A stretch of DNA of 40,000 nucleotides from an uncultured Rhodothermales bacterium (GTDB taxonomy: Bacteria; Bacteroidota; Rhodothermia; Rhodothermales; VXPQ01): contig CAZQAS010000014.1 of NCBI GenBank assembly GCA_964591285.1, positions 1-40,000 on the forward strand, written 5' to 3'. The position numbers were made by a program, and so were the translations under genes. Below, piece after piece: positions 9,379-17,660 of the stretch. Positions within the stretch are counted from its first letter, which is position 1. Each line of letters starts with the position of its first letter. Below the pieces are notes generated by a model. The model was given only the letters and a program-made list of their open reading frames with translations. It had not been told where the DNA came from and ran no database searches.

Positions 9379-11193
9379 ATGACCTTGCTAAGGAGCGACA
9401 TCCACGCCAAGTGCGGCCGCCGAAGGCCGGACGCCGGAGGGCGACGTGTGCGGATCGGTGCGCTGCTGCTGCCGCTCTTCCTCGCATTCGTGCCCTCAAC
9501 GGCACTCGGCCAAGCGCCGGAGCCCACCGTTCCGCAGCCGCCCACACCCACGGTTTTCGACAACGCACCGCTCGTACAACACTACCAGGAGACCATCCGC
9601 CCGGAGGAGCTGGCTGCACAGCTTTTCTTCTTCTCCTCCGACTACTTCGAGGGGCGAGAGACGGCGGCGCGCGGGCAGAGGTTTGCAGCGGAGTACCTCG
9701 CGTCGCAGTACCGGAAGCTGGGCCTGGAGCCGAAGGGCACCGTCTCAGTAGATCATCCCTACGCCCCCGAGGCCTACTTTCAGCGCTTTACGGCCTACGG
9801 TACTCGGCTGAAGGAGGCCCGTTTGGACGTGGTCATCCAGGGAGATACCGTCGGCAGCAGCCACTTCTCTTCAGAGCGCCAGGACGAGCTCGCGTATCTC
9901 CTCCATGGCTCCCGGCCGGAGGCCGCCGGGGGTGTCGTTTTCGCAGGCTATGGCATTTCGGATGCGGACCTGGGGTACGATGATTATCGCTCGCTCGCGG
10001 ACCACAACGTTTCCATTTCGGGAAAATGGCTGCTTGTGCTCGAAGATGAGCCGCTCGCAAGTGACTCCATGAGCCTCCTTCCCACTCCCTCCGGAGACGT
10101 CTCCGTCTGGTCGCGCAGCATCCATCAGAAACTTCGCGCGGCATACAAACACGACATACCGAAGGGCTTCCTGATCGTCGGCGACGTGAGCCCGCGCTCC
10201 CCGGCGGCGCTGCGGGATCGCGCGCAGCTCGCCGCGACCGGACTCGCCTCGCGTGGCCGGCTGTCGGTCCTGCAAACCGGCACGACCCTGCCGGTCTACA
10301 TGATCTCCGGTGAACTCGCCGACAGCATCCTGGCGCCGTCGGGCCGCAGCGTCTCGGAGCTGAAGCGTCAGATCGACGAGACGCTTACACCGGTCGTATT
10401 CGAGTTGCCCGGTGTCTCGGTCTCGAGCCGATTGCGACTGGAGTCCTACACCGTCGAGACGGAGAATGTGCTGGCCTATCTGCCGGGTTCCGATCCTGAG
10501 CTACGGGACGAGACGGTTATCCTTTCGGCACACTACGATCACATCGGAATCGAGCACGGGGCTGCGGGAGATCAGATCTACAACGGCGCGGACGACGACG
10601 GCTCCGGAATCGTTACGCTGCTCGAGATTGCCGAGGCCTTCATGCAGGCCAAGCGCGACGGCCACGGACCGCGGCGATCCCTCCTGTTTCTGAATCTCAC
10701 GGGCGAAGAGAAGGGCCTCCTCGGTTCCGAATACTATGCCGATATCGATCCCGCGTTGCCGATCGAGAAGACCGTCACGAATTTGAACATAGACATGATC
10801 GGCCGCCACGATCCGTCCCGGGCAGGCGCCGATTCAAACTACGTCTACATCATCGGATCGAAGCTGATCTCCGAAGAGCTTCACGACATCAATGAACGCG
10901 TCAACGAGCTTACCGGAACGCAGCTCGTCCTCGATGAGCGGTTCAATTCCAAGCAAGACCCAAACCAGTTCTACGCTCGGTCGGACCACTGGCACTTCGG
11001 CAAGCCGCGGCACGGAATTCCGTTCATCTTTTTCTTTACCGGCATTCACGAAGATTATCATCGTCCGGCGGATGAAGCCCACAAGATCGACTACGATCGG
11101 ATGGCCGCCATTGCGCGGCTGATCTTCGCGACGGCCTGGCAAGTCGCCAATCAAGACGCCCCGCCGGCCGTTTCCGGATCGGGTTTTCACTAA
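9379..11193 (+). CDS. Secreted M28 family metallopeptidase (aminopeptidase-like with an inserted PA-type domain)
   Basis: HYDHIG...GADDDGSG...GEEKGLLGS...SDHWHF metal-ligand blocks of M28. Signal-like LLLPLFLAFVPSTALGQ. The start is uncertain: TTG 9337 (overlaps the DUF58 stop), ATG 9379 or GTG 9448. Confidence 0.85.
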   Translation: MTLLRSDIHAKCGRRRPDAGGRRVRIGALLLPLFLAFVPSTALGQAPEPTVPQPPTPTVFDNAPLVQHYQETIRPEELAAQLFFFSSDYFEGRETAARGQRFAAEYLASQYRKLGLEPKGTVSVDHPYAPEAYFQRFTAYGTRLKEARLDVVIQGDTVGSSHFSSERQDELAYLLHGSRPEAAGGVVFAGYGISDADLGYDDYRSLADHNVSISGKWLLVLEDEPLASDSMSLLPTPSGDVSVWSRSIHQKLRAAYKHDIPKGFLIVGDVSPRSPAALRDRAQLAATGLASRGRLSVLQTGTTLPVYMISGELADSILAPSGRSVSELKRQIDETLTPVVFELPGVSVSSRLRLESYTVETENVLAYLPGSDPELRDETVILSAHYDHIGIEHGAAGDQIYNGADDDGSGIVTLLEIAEAFMQAKRDGHGPRRSLLFLNLTGEEKGLLGSEYYADIDPALPIEKTVTNLNIDMIGRHDPSRAGADSNYVYIIGSKLISEELHDINERVNELTGTQLVLDERFNSKQDPNQFYARSDHWHFGKPRHGIPFIFFFTGIHEDYHRPADEAHKIDYDRMAAIARLIFATAWQVANQDAPPAVSGSGFH

Positions 11194-11311
11194 ATTCCAC
11201 GGCACAGCTCGTAGCGCCCGTCGGCATGGATCCCTGACTATTCCGGAGCCAGATCGTGCCAACCGCCCTCGACGGCTAGGCCGAACGATTATCGATTCAT
11301 ATCCCAGTCGT

Positions 11312-12514
11312 ATGCTTGATCGCATCCAACAGTTGAACGAGGAGATCGTCGGAGACGTCGTACATCTTCGCCGAACCATCCACAGCAATCCCGAGCTCGC
11401 CTTCGAGGAGCACGAAACGGCACAGCTCGTTCTCGATACTATTGGACCGCTCGGCGTAGAGGTGCGGAGCGGCGTGGCGAAGACCGGCGTCGTGGCGACG
11501 CTTCGGGGCAACCGTCCGGGGCCGACGATCGCACTTCGCGCCGATATGGACGCGCTCCCGATCACCGAGGAGAACGATTTCGAATTCGCCTCGCGAAATG
11601 ATGGCAAAATGCACGCCTGCGGCCACGACGCGCACACCTCGTCCCTCCTCGGCACGGCCATGATACTCAGCCGTGTGCGCGAAGAGCTGCACGGATCGGT
11701 GCGATTCCTCTTCCAGCCGAGCGAAGAGAAACTGCCGGGTGGAGCCAAGCCGATGATCGAGGAAGGCGTGTTGGCTGATGTCGACGGCACCAAACCGGAG
11801 GTCATCTTTGGGCAACACGTGCAGCCGGACCTCGATGCGGGCAAGATCGGCGTTCGGGGCGGCATGTATATGGCCTCGACCGACGAGATCTATATTACCG
11901 TGAAAGGTACCGGCGGTCACGCGGCCGCTCCACACCAGCTGGAAACCGACCCGACACTCGTCGCCGCGCACATCCTCGTGGCGCTGCAGTCGGTAATCAG
12001 TCGCCACTGTCCGCCGGACGTACCGAGCGTCCTGACGATCGGCCGGCTCATCGCCGACGGCGCAACGAACGTGATTCCCGGCAAGGCGCGCCTCGAAGGG
12101 ACCTTCCGATCGATGAACGAGGAATGGCGCTTTCGCGCACACGATCACATGCGGCGGATTGCGTCGCACACCGCAAGTGCCTTCGGTGCGGAGATGGACA
12201 TCGATATCGTCGTCGGTTATCCTGCGCTCTACAACGATCCCGATGCAACGGATTTTGTGCGAAGCGCGGCCGATGACTATGTCGGCTCGAAAAACGTCGT
12301 CGAGCTCGACCGCTGGTATGCCTCCGAGGATTTCGCCTGGTACCTGAAAGAGCTACCCGGCACCTTCTACAGGATCGGCACAGGAAGTCAGGAGAAGGGG
12401 ATCGTGCATGGTCTCCACACTCCGCGATTCACGATCGATGAAGACGCGCTCCGCGTCTCGCCAGGCTTTATGTCCTATCTCGTTTGGAAGTATCTCTCCG
12501 AGCACACGTCATGA
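11312..12514 (+). CDS. M20 family amidohydrolase (N-acyl-amino acid amidohydrolase / hippuricase-like)
   Basis: 400 aa. HACGHDAHT metal motif, FQPSEE, and the overall M20D pattern. Confidence 0.9.
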   Translation: MLDRIQQLNEEIVGDVVHLRRTIHSNPELAFEEHETAQLVLDTIGPLGVEVRSGVAKTGVVATLRGNRPGPTIALRADMDALPITEENDFEFASRNDGKMHACGHDAHTSSLLGTAMILSRVREELHGSVRFLFQPSEEKLPGGAKPMIEEGVLADVDGTKPEVIFGQHVQPDLDAGKIGVRGGMYMASTDEIYITVKGTGGHAAAPHQLETDPTLVAAHILVALQSVISRHCPPDVPSVLTIGRLIADGATNVIPGKARLEGTFRSMNEEWRFRAHDHMRRIASHTASAFGAEMDIDIVVGYPALYNDPDATDFVRSAADDYVGSKNVVELDRWYASEDFAWYLKELPGTFYRIGTGSQEKGIVHGLHTPRFTIDEDALRVSPGFMSYLVWKYLSEHTS

Positions 12515-13104
12515 ATGTTGCACGAGTCCTTCTCGTCGGTTGCCTCTTCGTCTTTGCCGCCTGTTCGTCGACTCGGGAGGTTGAGACGTCCCGTCCAAGA
12601 GCCTACGAGGGGCTCGAGGATGCGGAGCCGGAAAATCCACGGCAAGCGCGCCTCCGCGTGTTCATGGAGCCGGGCGACACCGAACTCCCCGACGATGTTG
12701 ACCAGCTGCGCTTTCGAACGGCGGAGATTCGGCTTCGTCGCGCCGATGGAGAATGGGTGCGACTGCCGTCCGATGCCGGCGTGACGGAGATCGAGCGCGG
12801 ACGCCGGATTCAGCCGAAACTCGTACTGGATACGCGTATTGCGCCGGTGCAGTACGATTCGCTGGCCATCTCGCTGAGCCACGTATTTGTCCGCTTCAAC
12901 GAAAATGCGGGGGCGCCGCTGACCACGGCCGCGGATGCGCCTCAGAGGCTGGCAATCGAATTGGAAGCAAGCCTGGACGAACCGGTCACGGTCTACTTGC
13001 GTCTGGAGCCGCAACCGTCCCTAAAGCGAACGCAGGACTGCAGGTGGTTCTTCGTCCCCGTGTTCGACACAGCGGTGTCGCGCGAGCCGGCGAGATCACC
13101 GTAG
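12511..13104 (+). CDS. Hypothetical lipoprotein
   Basis: The ATG at 12511 forms an ATGA overlap with the M20 stop. MNVARVLLVGCLFVFAACSS gives a signal peptide plus lipobox Cys. The body has beta-rich character and no named motif. Confidence 0.6.
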   Translation: MNVARVLLVGCLFVFAACSSTREVETSRPRAYEGLEDAEPENPRQARLRVFMEPGDTELPDDVDQLRFRTAEIRLRRADGEWVRLPSDAGVTEIERGRRIQPKLVLDTRIAPVQYDSLAISLSHVFVRFNENAGAPLTTAADAPQRLAIELEASLDEPVTVYLRLEPQPSLKRTQDCRWFFVPVFDTAVSREPARSP

Positions 13105-13127
13105 CCTTTAGAACCGTAGCCTATAGA

Positions 13128-13430
13128 TCAGTATGCCGCCGGGGCGTTGACGGCCTCGACTCGAGAGATTTGCGGTACCGAACGCTTCAGCGCCTGCTCG
13201 ATGCCAGCACGAAGGGTCATCGTGCTCATCGGACAGCTTCCGCACGCACCGAGTAGCTCAAGCTCGACGACCAGGTCGGGTGTCACGTTCAGGAGACGGA
13301 CCGAGCCGCCATCCGCCATCAGATAGGGGCGGATCATATCGAGCGCCTCCTCGATCTGACGGCGCAGTTCCGGATCTGAGCCCGGATCAAACTCTTCCGC
13401 CATCCTATGCTCTCTGTTGTTCTCGGACAT
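13128..13430 (-). CDS. NifU C-terminal-domain (Nfu-like) Fe-S cluster protein
   Basis: IRPYLMADGGSVRLL...LLGACGSCPMSTMTL with the CxxC motif. The start is at ATG 13430 or 13403. The longer track ORF (to 13520) adds a non-conserved hydrophobic extension. Confidence 0.85.
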   Translation of the reverse strand: MSENNREHRMAEEFDPGSDPELRRQIEEALDMIRPYLMADGGSVRLLNVTPDLVVELELLGACGSCPMSTMTLRAGIEQALKRSVPQISRVEAVNAPAAY

Positions 13431-13526
13431 CTCGCTATTCGCTGGTCGTGCAGGCGCTTTCAATGTAACCAACGCGACAAACGTTAAAAAGATTGCTCGG
13501 ATCCGCGGCGCCCGCGACAACCCGCG

Positions 13527-14639
13527 CTACTTGTAGAGAATTTCTACTTTCTGCGTCGGCTCGAGCTCAGCATTGCGGACGGTTACCTGCCGGACGACCG
13601 AGTCAGCAATGGTCGTAAACGCCTGTGCGGAGCGGCTTTCCGGCTCCGCAACCACGATGGGCTCGCCTTCATCGCTCGTCTCGCGCACACGCTGCTCGAT
13701 CGGAATCTCGCCGAGAAACGGAACCTCGAGTTCTTCACTCAACCGTCGCGCGCCCTGCTTCCCGAAAAGATAGTACTTCTTATCCGGCAGCTCCGGCGGC
13801 GTGAAGTACGACATGTTCTCTACGATACCGAGCACGGGCACGTTCACATTCTCAAACATCGCGACGCCTTTCCGCGCATCGGCAAGCGCCACCGTCTGAG
13901 GGGTAGAAACGACAACGGCACCCGTCAAGGCGATTGTCTGCACGATGGTGAGCTGGATGTCGCCCGTGCCCGGTGGCAGATCGAGCACGAGGTAGTCGAG
14001 ATCGCCCCACTCGCATTCGCCCAGGAATTGGCGAACGGCGTTCGAGACCATCGGACCGCGCCAGATGACCGCCTTTGCCGGGTCGACCATCATCCCCATC
14101 GACAGCAGCTTCACGCCGTGTTTCTCCGGCGGGACGATCTTCTTGTTCTCATTGACACGCGGCTTTACCTCGCCCAGTCCGAACATCGTCGGGATGGATG
14201 GTCCGTAGATGTCCGTGTCTACGAGACCGACGTCGAAACCTTTCTTACTAAGCGCGACGGCTAGATTGGCGGCGACCGTACTCTTGCCGACGCCGCCCTT
14301 GCCGGATGCCACGGCGATAAAGTTGAGGACCCCCTCCGGTTGCGATTCCTTCTTCTCCTGACCGGACTCGGTCACCTCTCCGAGCGAGATCATTTCATTG
14401 TCGAGATCGATGTCGATCTCTACGTCGCTTCCGACCTCCTCGCGTATGGCATCGACACAGAGATCGCGGACCTCGTCCGCGAACGGCGCCCCCGGATTCT
14501 TCAATACTACGGTGAACGAGACCGCGTCGGGCGTAATCTTTAGTCCCTTCACCATATTCAGGCGAAGGATATCTTTTTCTCGATCCGGTTCAATTACGCG
14601 CGACAGTGCGCTCAGAACCTTCTTCTTGGTGGCGGGCAT
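13527..14639 (-). CDS. apbC: Mrp/ApbC/NBP35 family Fe-S cluster carrier ATPase
   Basis: 370 aa. N-terminal DUF59/MIP18-like domain, deviant Walker A SGKGGVGKST, and DLPPGTGD. Confidence 0.95.
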   Translation of the reverse strand: MPATKKKVLSALSRVIEPDREKDILRLNMVKGLKITPDAVSFTVVLKNPGAPFADEVRDLCVDAIREEVGSDVEIDIDLDNEMISLGEVTESGQEKKESQPEGVLNFIAVASGKGGVGKSTVAANLAVALSKKGFDVGLVDTDIYGPSIPTMFGLGEVKPRVNENKKIVPPEKHGVKLLSMGMMVDPAKAVIWRGPMVSNAVRQFLGECEWGDLDYLVLDLPPGTGDIQLTIVQTIALTGAVVVSTPQTVALADARKGVAMFENVNVPVLGIVENMSYFTPPELPDKKYYLFGKQGARRLSEELEVPFLGEIPIEQRVRETSDEGEPIVVAEPESRSAQAFTTIADSVVRQVTVRNAELEPTQKVEILYK

Positions 14640-14767
14640 GGCGCTGGTACGACGTATTCGAGATTCGAAAGTGTGCGACGCGCGAAGGGGGAGTTGCGCA
14701 CCCGGGGATTACGACAGAGGGGGTATCTGATTGTTCCAGATGGATTCCGGCGCGTCGACGCCTGTAG

Positions 14768-15610
14768 CTACCTACGTTTTGCTCCGAAAACGCCGGCCCA
14801 CCACTCTCCTTCCACCTGCTCGTCCTGGCAGTGAAAACCCCGATCCAGCGCAGCCGCGAGCAGTCGTTCCCGATCCTTGAGAAGAATGCCGGACGTCAAC
14901 AGTCGTCCGCCCGGCGAGAGCCTCTCCGAAAAGTCGTCCATCAATCCGACGACCACATTCAAATTGATGTTGGCCAGCACGACGTCGTACGTAGCCGCCG
15001 GCACCGCCTCGATGCGCCCTTCATACACCGTCACGATCTCTTCGACCCTGTTCAGGTAGATGTTCTCGACCGCGTTTCGCTGCGACCATGGATCGATATC
15101 GAACGCATCGACGTGAGCGGCGCCGAGCTTCGCGGAAGCCACCGCGAGTATACCCGTGCCGGTCCCCGCATCGAGGACGCGATCCTCTTCCGAAACGTGC
15201 TGCGGCAGCAGGCGAAGCATGAGCCTCGTAGTCTCGTGATAGCCGGTCCCGAAGCTCATTTTCGGATCGATCTCCAGGAGGATCAGATCCTGATGTTGAC
15301 TGGGAACTCCGCGCCAGGTCGGTTTCACGAGGAACGGCGGAACGGCGACGGGAGCGACCGTTTCCTCCCACTGCTGATTCCAGTTTTGATCCTGGATGAT
15401 CGATTCAGCGAGGACCGTCGGTTGTTGGTGCGCGGCGAGCCACCGTTCGATCTGCTCGCGCTTGAAGTCATCCCACCTTGGAGCGGGTATGTAGGCGATC
15501 AGATAGTCGTCTCCCTGCTCAAAAGCTTCGAAATCGAGGTCCGAAAGCTCTGCGATGAGGAACTCCTGATAGGGATCCGCTACGAAAATCTTCAGCGCGA
15601 GGGTGCGCAC
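14768..15610 (-). CDS. prmA: Ribosomal protein L11 methyltransferase
   Basis: 280 aa with a GTG start. SAM motif VLDAGTGTGILAVA, FGTGYHETT and ANI blocks typical of PrmA. Confidence 0.9.
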   Translation of the reverse strand: MRTLALKIFVADPYQEFLIAELSDLDFEAFEQGDDYLIAYIPAPRWDDFKREQIERWLAAHQQPTVLAESIIQDQNWNQQWEETVAPVAVPPFLVKPTWRGVPSQHQDLILLEIDPKMSFGTGYHETTRLMLRLLPQHVSEEDRVLDAGTGTGILAVASAKLGAAHVDAFDIDPWSQRNAVENIYLNRVEEIVTVYEGRIEAVPAATYDVVLANINLNVVVGLMDDFSERLSPGGRLLTSGILLKDRERLLAAALDRGFHCQDEQVEGEWWAGVFGAKRR

Positions 15611-15626
15611 GTGATGTGTCCTGCCG

Positions 15627-17420
15627 CTACCTGGAAATTCGAATTCCCCAAGCCTCGGGCTGCTGCGGTGCTCGACTGTCGAAATCGCCGAAAGCGTGGG
15701 AGAAGTCGGTCTTGTAGTGAACGACGTACGTACCCGGTTCCAGCGTCACCGGACCGTCAAAAAGACGGTTGACGTCGTCTCCACCGGCCGAACGCGTGTT
15801 CTGCCAGTTCATCTCCCAGACGATCTCACGGTTATCGGCGCGCTCGATCCATCCGTAATCGTAGCGTCCGCTCATGGACATCTCGCCTAGAGCACGTACG
15901 TGGATGGTAGACGGCTGCTCGAGTGTAAACTCCGCCGACACGCGCTCTTCATTCCCGATCCCGGTAAGGTCTGCGATGACCGCACCCGGCATCGGCGTTC
16001 GCTCGGCTGTGGGGGCGGGGGACGGCGGCGCCTCCGCCTTCTCGAGCTCCTCCAGCGATTCTTCCGTGTATCCAAGCAGCTGCACGGCCGACGTGTCGAA
16101 GTCTTCCGCTACGGGGAAGATGCTGACTCCCCACCGTTCCGGATGATCGGGACGTCCGTGCCGCCAGGATTCGTAGGAATGCGAGTCGTCTGTCTCGTAC
16201 GTGACGGTGTAGGTGCCTTCCGACATCTCCAGGAAGGCCAACTCGCGGCGGTTATTGTGGCCTCCGGCCGGAGCCGACCGGTCATGCTCCATCTCCCAGA
16301 CCGTCTCCTGCGTTTCGTTGTTGCGTATTCTGGCATAATCGTATCGACCACGGCTGCTCATCTCTCCGACCGCATAGGCCGCGAGGTGTACGGGTTCGGT
16401 AACGCGGAACTGGGCGGAGCGGCGCTCGTCGTCACCCACTTCCATGATCTGCACAATCGGCGTGCGCATCGTCCAAGGATCGAACTCGCGGACGGCCTCA
16501 GTGCGCGGTGTGAAAAGTGAAATCCCCCAGGCCGCCGGATCGTACGGCGGATTCGCCACCCAGTCGCCAAAACTCTGCAGGGCGTCCGTCTCGAAAACGG
16601 CTCGATAGATCCCCGGATCGACGTGAATCGTTTCGTCGAATTGTCGGTTGACGTGCCAGCCACCGGCCGGACGCGAATTGCCGCGGGTCATCTCCCAGGT
16701 GCGGGTATTCGTTACGGCGTTTTCGATCCAGCCGTAGTCCATCGGGTGGTCGTCGAACTCGCCGAGGGCATAGATCCGTATCGGTACGCGTTCGCTCGCG
16801 AGAAAGACGTGCTCGCCCTGACTGTGGCCGCGCATCGGTGCGGTGCTCCAAAAGAGTCCCGAGCCGCTTGGAGATAGTGCAGCCCCCGATTCTTCGTCGA
16901 CCTGTTCGAAATTCACGTCTGCTCCGTTCGCGCGTCGGATTATGAACGTCCACTGATCCGCGTCATCGCGCCAGGATGCCTCATTTCCGAAGAGGCGATC
17001 GAGAAATCGGATACCGAAACCGCCGTCTCGCCGGTTGCCGTACGTCGTAAAATAAGCGTCGTACGTCCCGGCCGTAAGTTCGACGGTGTCGGTTGCCGCC
17101 GCCAGCGTTTCGCGGTCCGGCCGCGCCGCGGACCTGTCAAGCTGCCACACGACACTGCGGTCCTCCCGGCGGAGAAGCCACGAGTAGGCGGCAAGCTCCG
17201 CGTCGGCTTCAGACGATTCGAACGAACCGACCGATTCGATGGCAATCCGAACGGGGGCGTTGATAGCAAAGGAATGGCGACGAAGCTCGTCACGCTCAAG
17301 ATCATCGATGACGACGGCGCCGGCCGGAGAGGGCGGTCCTTCGATGACTCGATAGGCAAGTAGAAGCGTGACGGCCGCAAGGGCCAGCAGTTCGAAACGT
17401 ACTAACGTCTTTCGTTTCAT
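15627..17420 (-). CDS. Signal-anchored protein made of four tandem ~110-130 aa repeats of an unrecognised domain
   Basis: 597 aa with the N-terminal hydrophobic segment LLALAAVTLLLAY. Four copies fit the pattern ...(A)xGE...YDYGWIE....VWEM......AGG..(V)NR.......L.PGTY.V.Y.TD.SH....W.....P..WGI(S/R)I(F). The first copy is the most degenerate. The gene ends 16 nt before prmA. Confidence 0.8.
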   Translation of the reverse strand: MKRKTLVRFELLALAAVTLLLAYRVIEGPPSPAGAVVIDDLERDELRRHSFAINAPVRIAIESVGSFESSEADAELAAYSWLLRREDRSVVWQLDRSAARPDRETLAAATDTVELTAGTYDAYFTTYGNRRDGGFGIRFLDRLFGNEASWRDDADQWTFIIRRANGADVNFEQVDEESGAALSPSGSGLFWSTAPMRGHSQGEHVFLASERVPIRIYALGEFDDHPMDYGWIENAVTNTRTWEMTRGNSRPAGGWHVNRQFDETIHVDPGIYRAVFETDALQSFGDWVANPPYDPAAWGISLFTPRTEAVREFDPWTMRTPIVQIMEVGDDERRSAQFRVTEPVHLAAYAVGEMSSRGRYDYARIRNNETQETVWEMEHDRSAPAGGHNNRRELAFLEMSEGTYTVTYETDDSHSYESWRHGRPDHPERWGVSIFPVAEDFDTSAVQLLGYTEESLEELEKAEAPPSPAPTAERTPMPGAVIADLTGIGNEERVSAEFTLEQPSTIHVRALGEMSMSGRYDYGWIERADNREIVWEMNWQNTRSAGGDDVNRLFDGPVTLEPGTYVVHYKTDFSHAFGDFDSRAPQQPEAWGIRISR

Positions 17421-17660
17421 TCGGAGCTATTGATGTGTCGGCACAGGTCGAGGTCTACGGCGCGCCGTTCCAGAAGTTACCGCTGGACCTCCCCCTCGGT
17501 TCGCGCGCGGCAGCCGCGTTCCGCTCCTGCGGCATATACGTTGTAACATATACAACCCTTTTTAGTAGTATAGCAGACAAATTCCAGGGAGCCGGCCGTT
17601 CGTCTACTCCACGGCCTTATTGCTACCAATCCCGTACGCTGTTGTGGCTGGCCGCCCGCG

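Noticed and set aside
10834-12169. Two long minus-strand ORFs (343 aa and 290 aa)
   Set aside because: They are antisense to the M28 peptidase and M20 amidohydrolase genes. The translations are Ser/Arg/Pro-rich nonsense with no domain signatures.
14831-15772. 313-aa plus-strand ORF
   Set aside because: It is antisense to prmA and to the end of the repeat-protein gene. It is a shadow ORF.
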